Below are positions 24,862-34,728 of a DNA stretch of 64,000 bases, piece after piece. Made by a program: the position numbers and the translations under genes. The DNA is taken from contig JAGIQG010000009.1 in the NCBI GenBank assembly GCA_024679065.1, positions 81,406,001 through 81,470,000 on the forward strand. Reading direction: 5' to 3'. The stretch's first letter is position 1, and the number at the start of each line of letters is the position of its first letter. The notes beneath the pieces were generated by a model. The model saw only the letters and a program-made list of their open reading frames with translations, was not told the origin of the DNA and did not search any database. This stretch comes from Sphyrna mokarran. Lineage: Eukaryota.

Positions 24862-25971
24862 AAGAACATAAGAACATCAGAAATAGGAGCAGGAGTAGGC
24901 CATCCAGCCCCTCGAGTCTGCCCCGCCATTCAATAAAATCATGGCTGATCTGTAGTGATTCAGTACCACTTTACAGCTTTCTCCCCGTAACTCTTAATTC
25001 CCTTCTCAATCAAAAACCTATCCACACTTGACTTGAACATATTCAGTGAGGAAGCCTCCAAAACCTCACCAGGCAGAGAATTCCAAAGATTCACCAACCT
25101 TTGTGTGAAGAAACTCCTCTGCAACTCTGATCTGAACCACCCCCCACACCCCCCTAATCTTGGGGCTGTGCCCTCTCGTCCTGCTATCTTTGCTAAGCAA
25201 GAAGAATCTCTCAACCTCTACCCTATCCATCCCCTTCATTATCTTATACGTCTCTATAAGATCCCCTCTTAGCCTTCTAAACTCCAAAGAGTACAAACCT
25301 AGCCTATTCAATTCCTCCTCATATTCCAACGCTCTCATCTCTGGTATCAGCCTAGTAAACCTTCTCTGCATCTCCTCCAAGGCCAATATATCCCTCCTCG
25401 AATGTGGCGACCACATCTGCACACAGTACTCCAGCTGCGGCCTCACCAGCACCCTATACAGCTGCAACAGAACCTCCCTGCTTTTATATTCTATCCCCCT
25501 AGCTATAAAGGCCAACATTGCATTCGCCTTCTTAATCACCTGCTGCACCCGCATACTGTGTTTTTGCGATTTGTGCACAAGGACCCCCAGGTCCCTCTGC
25601 ATCGTCGCATGCTGCAGCTTTTCGCCATTCAAATAATAATCTTTCCTACCATTATTTTTACCAAAGTGGATAACCTCACACTTGCTAACATTATACTCCA
25701 TCTGCCAGATCCTCACCCTGGACCTATCCAGATCCCTCTGCAGGCTTTCCACACCCTCTACACAATTTGCTTTTCCACTCATCTTCGTGTCATCAGCAAA
25801 TTTCGTCACCCTGCACTCAGCCCCTTCCTTCAGATCATCTATGTAAATGGTAAATAGTTGAGGCCCCTGCACCGATCTTTGAGGCACTCCACTAGTCACC
25901 AGCTGCCAATCAGAATAACATCCATTAATATCTACAATAGCACCCATTAATACTTACATTAATACTCATTA
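24862..25971 (-). mobile_element. CR1 LINE (different subfamily) in the J2-C2 intron (cluster 2 only)
   Basis: 293-aa RT frame (GVPQ..FADD); (CATAAGAA)n tail; ATACAT duplicated at both ends; empty sites at ~9510 and ~53755. Confidence 0.92.
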
Positions 25972-28005
25972 ATACATCAGTCCCATTATAACAGGAATCT
26001 ATTTGGCATACATTCTCTGCACTTCCTCTGGAGCAAAAATATCCTTCCTGAGATAGGGAGACCAAAACTGCGCACAATATTCCTAGTGCTGCCTCACCAA
26101 AGCCCTGTATAACTGCAGCAGGTCAGAATTATGAAGACATAGAGCAGATACGAAGGAACTTTTCCCCTTTTAGCAGTAGATTCAAAAACCAGGGAGCATA
26201 AATTTAATTTCAGAAGCAGAAGATTTTGAGGGATTGAAGGAAAAACCTTTTGACTCAGAGGGTGTTGGGAAGCTGGAACTCACTGCCTGAAAGTGTGGTG
26301 GAGGCAGGAACCCTCACAACATTTAAGAAGCATTTAGATGAGCATTTGAATTTCCAAAGCATACAAGGCTATGGATCAAGTGTTTAGAATAGTTAGGAAT
26401 AGAATAGTTCGGAGCTTGATGGCCCTCAGAGACAGGATGGGCCGAAGGGCCTCTTTCTGGGCTGTAAATCTCTATGACACTCTGACTGAGCCAAGATGGC
26501 TGAGAATGTAAAGTGACCAACTTCTGGAAAATTCCAATGTGGATTATATTTGACAGACCAGACCCGAGAGAAGATGGAAAATCTCACCTGAAAGGTGTCA
26601 GGGGCTTCTTCAAACAGAAAATAGAAATGCAGATAGAAAAAATGCCAAAGACTAAATTTTATTCTCCTGTTGTTACGAGACAATGGAGTCTGATTGTCAC
26701 ATCTCAGCAGACATCCAAAACTCATCTCCTGTTGAGTTATATCCCAGAATGTGGAAATTGTCTGAGTTCAAAGTAAACTGACTCTGGGGTGAAGGACATG
26801 TTTATTATATTTCAGGAAACAACAGGGAAATGGGTTAAAAATCCAACTGTATACCTGAGCTGCGTGTACTGGTGCTGGGGTGACAGAATGTGAGTTGAGA
26901 CATTTTTCGGGTTCTCCAGTTTCCTCTCACAATCCAAAGATCTGCAGGTTCGATGGATTGGCCATGCTAAATTGCCCCTCGTGTGTTCTTTAGGTGGGTC
27001 AGCAATGGTAAATGCAGAGTGTAATAGGGAGCCTGGGTACTTTTTGGGAGAATCGGGTGAAAAGATTTCCCTCACGTCTCTCAAAATCTGTTGCCTCTGT
27101 GATCAACGGGAAAAGTTTTCTCATATCTACCCTATCTCTGTCTCTCATAATTCTGTCGATGGACGGAATATCCTCCTCCTGTAGGGATTCAATGGCTAAT
27201 AAAAAACTACACGGATTGTGTAAGGTTTTCACAGTGAAAGGATCCATTTTAAATGAACCCTGTTGTGACCAATCGAGGGCAGGATTCCAGCTCATTATTC
27301 ATCACCCAGAGGAAAACAAAATTGGGATCCAGTTCAGGAAGTTACCAAATGAGGGATCCTGTCTGAGGACTGGTCACAACATGTACACAGCAAGATCCCA
27401 CACACAGCAATGAGAACAATCAGCATTTTCAGTGATGTTGGATCCGGGATAAATGTCGGATTGAACTCATCCCAAAGAGAAAGTAACAAAAGCCTGGAAC
27501 AATGAAGCCACTGGATTGTGAGCCCTGCTGTGGCTGTCTGTCATCAGAACTTCAGCAAGAGATAAGCAGGGAGTGGAGAGACCAGAGTGAAAGCTGGGGC
27601 AGGTTGCACCTCGGTGTCTCACTGTGCTGCTGCTGTGATCAGTTATATCAGAGAGTGAGACAGAGAGTTCAACTTCACATCAAACTCTGCCTGTGTGTGT
27701 CACACTGAGACCGACAGGAGTCTAGAGAGTGATTTCACTCCATGCTGCAGGAATGTGAACACAGTCTGCAAACGTCCAGATCTCCTCCACACGGTGGGTA
27801 AGAGCTGCTTACTTATATCTTGCTGTTTAAAGGGGGGAATGGAAGGGAAGAAATACAGCTGGACTCCCTGTTCTACACAATGTTCTTCAATCAACCATTT
27901 CATTGAATGCAACTTCCTTACTAACACCTTCAACTATTCAGTATTTGTGTTTGAGAAAGTTTCAGCATTGAAAGAGTTAATAACGGAGGATTGGGCTTTA
28001 CTTAC

Positions 28006-28040
28006 TCAGTCTGAGTTTGGTTCCTTTAGCAAACGTAAGG
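28006..28040 (-). CDS. IGKJ: Ig kappa-type J segment J2 (LTFAKGTKLRL)
   Basis: Identical to J1; GTAAGT donor at 28000-28005. Confidence 0.93.
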
Positions 28041-28079
28041 CACACTGACAGCTTCCAGTGCAGGAGCTGTACAAAAACC
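28041..28079 (+). promoter_or_regulatory. 23-RSS of J2
   Basis: CACACTG-23-ACAAAAACC. Confidence 0.95.
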
Positions 28080-28370
28080 TCTGTCTCTGACTCACTCACT
28101 CACTCACTCATCTCTTTTTCACTCACTCTTTCTCTGTCACACTTTCTTTCTCAGTCTTTCTCTCTCTCTGTTCTCTCAATGTCTTTGTGTTTTATTGAGA
28201 GAGTTGAGAATTTTAATTTGAGATGAGAATCTTTCAGCTGCTCTTCATATGTGAACATGGAGAGTAAGAGGGAAACTCGAGGACTTCAGCGAGCAGTGGA
28301 CACCACAGGGACTGGAGAGTGTAGTGGACAGTGCAAATAATTTGCCCAGTTTCCTTTCTTGTGTTTCTTA

Positions 28371-29152
28371 ATATTATATAAAACTGTGGGATGTGTCAGT
28401 ACAGGAGGTGGGACTGTGTGTCCATTATTATATATTATATAAAACTGTGGGATGTGTCAGTACAGGAGGTGGGACTGTGTGTCCATTATTATATATTATA
28501 TAAAACTGTGGGATGTGTCAGTACAGGAGGTGGGACTGTGTGTCCATTATTATATATTATATAAAACTGTGGGATGTGTCAGTACAGGAGGTGGGACTGT
28601 GTGTCCATTATTATATATTATATAAAACTGTGGGATGTGTCAGTACAGGAGGTGGGACTGTGTGTCCATTATTATATATTATATAAAACTGTGGGATGTG
28701 TCAGTACAGGAGGTGGGACTGTGTGTCCATTATTATATATTATATAAAACTGTGGGATGTGTCAGTACAGGAGGTGGGACTGTGTGTCCATTATTATATA
28801 TTATATAAAACTGTGGGATGTGTCAGTACAGGAGGTGGGACTGTGTGTCCATTATTATATATTATATAAAACTGTGGGATGTGTCAGTACAGGAGGTGGG
28901 ACTGTGTGTCCATTATTATATATTATATAAAACTGTGGGATGTGTCAGTACAGGAGGTGGGACTGTGTGTCCATTATTATATATTATATAAAACTGTGGG
29001 ATGTGTCAGTACAGGAGGTGGGACTGTGTGTCCATTATTATATATTATATAAAACTGTGGGATGTGTCAGTACAGGAGGTGGGACTGTGTGTCCATTATT
29101 ATATATTATATAAAACTGTGGGATGTGTCAGTACAGGAGGTGGGACTGTGTG
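28371..29152 (+). repeat. 61-bp minisatellite between J2 and V2, 13 identical units (last partial)
   Basis: AAACTGTGGG recurs at exact 61-bp steps from 28381 to 29113. Confidence 0.98.
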
Positions 29153-29158
29153 TGTTGG

Positions 29159-29186
29159 GGTTTTTGTAAGGCTCTGTATCACTGTG
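29159..29186 (-). promoter_or_regulatory. 12-RSS of V2
   Basis: Minus strand CACAGTG-ATACAGAGCCTT-ACAAAAACC, a perfect consensus. Confidence 0.97.
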
Positions 29187-29719
29187 TAGGAGGAGCTGTT
29201 ACATTGCTGACAGTAATAATCAGCGACATCCTCATTCTGAACATTGCTGATTGTCAGGGTGAAACTTGTCCCAGATCCACTGCCACTGAATCGGTCGGAT
29301 ACTCCTGATGCAGTATTTGATGCATAGTAGATCAGCAGAGCCGGTTTCTGTCCTTCTCGCTGTTGATACCAATTCACATAGCTGCTAACAGATTGACTGG
29401 CTGTACAGGTGATGGTGGCGGTCTGGCCCAGGCTCACTGACAGCACCGCGGGAGTCTGGGTCATGATGATCTCTCCATTGATACCTGAGGGGTAATAGAG
29501 AAACAGAGTGAAGTCAGAACTGTCACAGAAAGAGGCTGTACAATGAGATATTGTTGGAGACACTGACTGTTCCTCTCCTTTCAGCATTTTCCCTTCAATC
29601 ACAGTGCAGGAGAATTGGATTGAAATGGAGAGCAGGAAAATATTCAAGGTGGAAGGAGAGAGATTAGTACCTGCGATGCAGAATGCCAGAGGCCAGAGCA
29701 GCTGGATGGCTGAAATCAT
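29187..29719 (-). CDS. IGKV: Ig kappa-type V gene V2: leader exon 29719-29671, 186-nt intron, V exon 29484-29187
   Basis: Leader [17 protein letters not shown] with gt..ag intron; V exon [64 protein letters not shown]; open frame; followed directly by a 12-RSS. Confidence 0.96.
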
Positions 29720-29779
29720 GGTGTGTGCTCGTGTCCCTGTGCCTGGTTACTGATAAACTCTCCCTTCACTGGGCTCTGC

Positions 29780-29876
29780 TTTATAAAGCTGCAGCCTGTG
29801 AGAGTCTCACTGCCTGTTCCTCAGTTTGTAAATGGTCTGACCCAGAGAAACCACGTCAGCACCTTTCACTTCCTCT
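29780..29876 (-). promoter_or_regulatory. V2 promoter: TATA (29780-29787), degenerate octamer ATTTACAA (29826-29833), CRE-like TGACGTGG (29851-29858), Ets-IRF element (29863-29876)
   Basis: Motifs read directly upstream of the leader ATG and conserved at V3; function is inferred. Confidence 0.7.
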
Positions 29877-29877
29877 T

Positions 29878-30238
29878 CTTTTCTCTCTGTCCCTCAGACT
29901 CTGTCCCTCACTCTTTTGATATCTCTCTCAGTCACCGTTTGTCTCTCTTTCTCTCTCTATATTTGTCTCTCTCATTCTCAGTCTTTCTCTCTCAATATCT
30001 GTCCCTCAGTCTCTGTCTCCCTCACTCTATTGATATCACTCCCTCAATTACTGTCCCTTTTTCAATCTCTGAGTAACTCTTCATTTGTCTCTCTTTCTAT
30101 CCACCACACTCTTGCTGTCTCACTTTTTTGTCCTTCCTGTCTCACACTCTTTGTTTACCCTCTCAATGAGTCTTTCTTTCTCCCTTCTCATTCTCCCTCT
30201 CTCTATTCCTCTCAGTTTCTCCCTCACTTTATCTCATA
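29878..30238. repeat. CT-rich low-complexity tract upstream of the V2 promoter (also 57165-57580, and next to each J-RSS, e.g. 11444-11550)
   Basis: Degenerate (CT)n runs. Confidence 0.85.
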
Positions 30239-30239
30239 A

Positions 30240-32200
30240 TATTATAGAGTCCTAGAGGTTTACAGGGAAGAAACAGGCCCTTCAGCCCAACGTGTCCATG
30301 CTGCCACTTTTTTTAAACCCGTAACCATAATTGCCCATGTTTGGCCCATATCCCTCTATACCCATCTTACCCATGGAACTGTCTAAATGCTTTTTAAAAG
30401 ACAAAATTGTACCTGTCTCTATTACTATCTCTGGCAGGTTGTTCCAGACACTCACCACCCTCAGTGTGAAAAAGTTGCCCTTTTGTGCAGTTTTGTATCT
30501 CTCCCCTGTCTTCTTAAACTTATGTCCTCTAGTTTTAGACTCCGCTACTTTTGGGAAAAGATATTGAATATCTAGCTGATCTATGCCCCTCATTATTTTA
30601 TAGACCTCTGTAAGATCACCCCTCAGCCTTCTATGCTCCAGAGAAAAAATTCCAGCCTCTCCTTATAACCTAAACCATCAAGTCCCGGTACCATCCGAGA
30701 TAAATCTTTTCAGCACTCGTTCTAATTTAATAATATCCTTTCTATAACAGGGTGACTAGATACAGTATTCAAAGTGTGGCCTTACTAATGTCTTCTATAA
30801 GTTCAACAAAATGTCTCGATTTCAGTATTCAATGTTCTAACCAATGAAACCAAGCATGCCGAATGCCTTCTTCACCACTCTGTCCACCTGTGACTCCACT
30901 TTCAAGGAGTTATGAACATGTACCCTTAGATTTTTTTGTTCTGTAACTCTCCTCAATGCCCGAACATTAACTGAGTAAGTCCTGCCCCGGTTCAATCTAC
31001 CAAAATATATCAGCTCGCATTTATCTAAATTAAACTCCAGTTGTCATTCGTCAGCCCACTGGTCCAATTCAGGTTGCAATTGGAGATAACTTTCTTCACT
31101 GTCCACTATACCACCAATCTTGGTGTCATCTGTAAAACTACTAACCATATCTTCTATATTCTCATCCAAATCATTGATATAAATGACAAATAACAATGGA
31201 CCCTTCATTGATCCCTGTGGCACATCACTCATTCTCTTTGTTCCTCTGTATTCACATCTCACTCTGTCCCAGAAGAGGCAGCATCCTCCTGGGATCCACT
31301 CTGTCAATCCCCTCACAATCTGATATGTTTCAATAAGATCACCTCTCATTCTTCTAAACTCCAATGGGTTCAGGCCCAACCTTTCCAACTTTTCTTCAAA
31401 TGATAACCCCTCAACCCAGAAATGTGTTGTGTGAATCTTCTCTGAACTGCTTCTAACACAATGAAATTCCTTTTCAAATAAGGAGAGCTAAACTGTACAT
31501 AGTATTCCAGATGTGGTCTCACTGAGACCCTGTACAACTGCAATAAACTTCCCTATTTTTATATTCCATTCTCCTTGTAATAAACACCAACATTCCATTT
31601 GTTTTCCTAATCACTTGCTGTAGCTGCAGATTAACTTGTTGTGATTCATGTCCCAGGACAGCCAGATCCCTCTGTCGCACCGAGTTGTGCAATCTCTCTC
31701 CATTTCATTGCTTTTCTATTCTTCCCGTTAAAATGGACACCTTCACATTTACACAGGTTGAACTCCACATGTTTAGCCACTCATTTCTCCTGTCTCTACC
31801 CTTTATAGATTCTCTACCTCATCTTGATAACTTACTTTTCCCACCTATCTCAGTGTCATTGGAACATTAGTTCAAGTCATTCCCTTCATCCAAGTCATTG
31901 ATATGGATTGTGAATAGTTGTGGTCCCAGTACTGATTGTTCCAGAATTCCACTAATCACAGCTTCCCAACCCCAAATCAATCATTTATCCCTCTCTCTCA
32001 TTTTTGTGAGCTAACCAATCCTCTATCCATGCTAATATGTTACCCACACACCATCATATCTTGTGTAGTAACATTTGATGTGATAATTTATCAAATACCT
32101 TTTCAAATTCCCTGTACATCATGGCTACAAGTTCCCCTTTATCCATTTTGTGACCTCCACAAAGGTGAACAATGACATATGTATAACAGAAAGAAACTGC
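30240..32200 (-). mobile_element. Two older decayed CR1 fragments upstream of V2 (paralog ~57580-59560)
   Basis: Degenerate RT motifs (VPQGS, FTDDTK, VRPHLEYC in the paralog) with stops and frameshifts. Confidence 0.8.
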
Positions 32201-32225
32201 TCCACATCGACCATGATGTCCATGT

Positions 32226-32768
32226 CCCACTGGAGCCTCCAATAGGGACCAGTAAACATGGGCCTCCTTCCCACTGAAGCCTCCAACAGGGACCAGTAAA
32301 CATGGGCCTCCTTCCCCCTGGAGCCTCTAATAGGGACCAGTAAACATGGGCCTCCTTTCCACTGGAGCCTCCAATAGGGACTAGTAAACATGGGTCTCCT
32401 TTCCACTGGAGCCTTCAATAGGGACTAGTAAACATGGGCCTCCTTCCCACTGGAGCCTCCAATAGGGACCAGTAAACATGGGCCTCCTTCCCACTGGAGC
32501 CTCCAATAGGGACCAATAAACATGGGCCTCCTTCCCACTGGAGCCTCCAATGGGGACCAGTAAACATGGGCCTCCTTCCCACTGGAGCCTCCAATAGGGA
32601 CCAGTAAACATGGGCCTCCTTCCCACTGAAGCCTCCAATAGGGACCAGTAAACATGGGCCTCCTTCCCACTGGAGCCTCCAATAGGGACCAGTAAACATG
32701 GGCCTCCTTCCCACTGGAGCCTCCAATAGGGACCAGTAAACATGGGCCTCCTTCCCACTGGAGCCTCC
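32226..32768. repeat. 44-bp minisatellite (~12 units) upstream of V2
   Basis: Unit CCCACTGGAGCCTCCAATAGGGACCAGTAAACATGGGCCTCCTT. Confidence 0.95.
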
Positions 32769-33971
32769 AGCAGCTGAGCTTCAAACTCATCCTCTCCATC
32801 ACGTCGGCCTTTTATTTCCACATCATTATCCGTCTCTACATTACATCATTCCCTTAAGCACAGTAACCCTTATCCCTGCATGTCCTATCTACTAATTCCA
32901 TTATTCTGATATCTCCTCCCAGCTCCCCTCATCCACACTCCATAAACCCCAGCTTGTCCCAAATGCAGTGGGTCCAGACTCTGTCTCACACCAAGTGTCG
33001 TTCCAGCACCATTCCTGATCGCTATGATCAAGCCCTGACCTCACTGACCTGTTACCTCTGACCTCACTGTCCTCTAATTCCCTCCATGCTCCCTACCCCT
33101 GTGTTCCTGCTCCAGATTTACATTTCTGCCTCACCTTCCATCTGCTGACTCTGCTCCCTGGCCCATCGCTGCTTCCTTCATCCCACCATTACAGCAGAGT
33201 CTACAGATACCCAGGTCCTGCTTTCTGTCCTCCCACCCTTAATCCCTCCCCCTCTCCAAATCTTTCTCCCCATCAAATTCTTTCACCCCAGCCTTCGATC
33301 TCTCGTCCTAAACTACCCCCAAGCTCTCCTCCATTCCTCTTATGCTGCTGTGTGAAACATAATGGGCTATATTGTATACTAAGGTGCTATATAAATTCAG
33401 GTTCTGTGTAGATTTTGGTTTGGGACAGAATTAGACACAGTGGTGAAGGCTCTTGCAGTCAAATATCCCGCTGACAGGATCCAGACTTCAACACACAGAA
33501 TGGGACATTGTGTAAAGTAGGAATTATTAAAAATGTATTCATTGACGGGATGTGGGTGTCACTGGCTATCCCAACATTTATTGCCCATCCCTAACTGTCC
33601 TTGAGAAGGCGGTGATGAACTGCCTTCTTGAACTGCTGCAATCCATGAGGTGTACACACACCCACAGTGCTGTTAGGGAGAGATTTCCAGGATTCTGACC
33701 CATCGACAGTGCATGAACAGAGATGTATTTCCATTTCAGAATGGCATGTGGCTTGGAGGGGTACCTCCTGGTGATGTTGATCCCAGGGATCTGCTACACT
33801 TGTCTTTCCATATGATAGTGGTCATGGTATTCGAAGGTGTTGCCTTAGGAACCTTGGTGAGTTCATGCAGGGCATCTTATAGATGGCACACACTGCTGCC
33901 ACTGTTCGACAGTGGTGGAGGGATTTAATGTTTGTGAATGGGGTGCAAATCAAGTGGGGCTGCTTTGTTCT

Positions 33972-34728
33972 AGAACATAGAACATAGAACATTACAGCGC
34001 AGAACAGGCCCTTTGGCCTTCGATGTTGAGCCGACCAATTATGAAAAAAGCAATGGCCCTCCAAACTAAACCATTCCCTTCTCTTCCATAAACTTATCAA
34101 CTAACCTCTTAAACGCCACCAAACTTGGGCATCTACAACTGCGCAGGCAGGGCATTCCACTCTAACCACCCTCTGGGTAAGAACCACCTCTGTTTTTTTT
34201 TTTGTGTGTTGTGTGTTTTTGGTTTGTTTTTTTTTTTTGTTTGTTTTGGTTTTTGTTTTTTGTGTTGGTTGTTTTGTTTTGTTTTTTTTGGGGTGTTGTG
34301 GGTGGTTTTGTGTTGTGGTTGGTGTTTTTGTGTTTGTTTTTTTGTTGTGTTTGGTTGTGTTTGTTTTTGTTTTTTTTTTTTTTTTGGTGTTTTTTTTTCC
34401 ATTTGCCACCTCTCGGCCCAGCTCTGCAACTTGTCCAAGTCTCTCTGCAAACTATAACACCCCTCTTCCCTATCTACCACTCCACCGACTTTTGTGTCAT
34501 CCGCAAATTTACTAATCTATCCTTCAATACCCGCATCCAGATCATTTATAAAAATTACAAACAGCAGGGGCCCCAAAACAGACCCATGAGGTACACCACT
34601 CGTAACCAAACTCCACGATGAATATCTCCCATCAACCACCACCCTCTGTCTCCTATATGCTAGCCAAATCTTAATCCAATTAGCTAAATCACCCTCAATC
34701 CCATACATCTGCATTTTCTGCAGAAGCC
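33972..34728 (-). mobile_element. Young CR1 LINE fragment upstream of V2 (absent at the paralogous site ~61592), with an internal T/G low-complexity tract
   Basis: Matches the 38.7-41.5 kb element at both ends; TTCT duplicated at the flanks. Confidence 0.88.

Noticed and set aside
28371-29152. CRISPR-like array
   Set aside because: Head-to-tail identical units with no unique spacers, no cas genes and a vertebrate context; it is a minisatellite.
29187-29484. Germline-joined VJ gene, as known in some shark light chains
   Set aside because: V and J are separate with intact RSSs in both complete clusters.
29099-29719. 206-aa single-exon ORF (also 56386-57006)
   Set aside because: Read-through of leader, intron, V exon, RSS and repeat; the real gene is spliced and ends at the heptamer.
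34190-34400. T/G-only tract giving K/T/N/Q-rich and F/V/C-rich ORFs
   Set aside because: It replaces about 570 bp of expected CR1 sequence, and the neighbouring bases show scattered small deletions relative to the intact copy; most likely a sequencing or consensus artefact rather than a gene.
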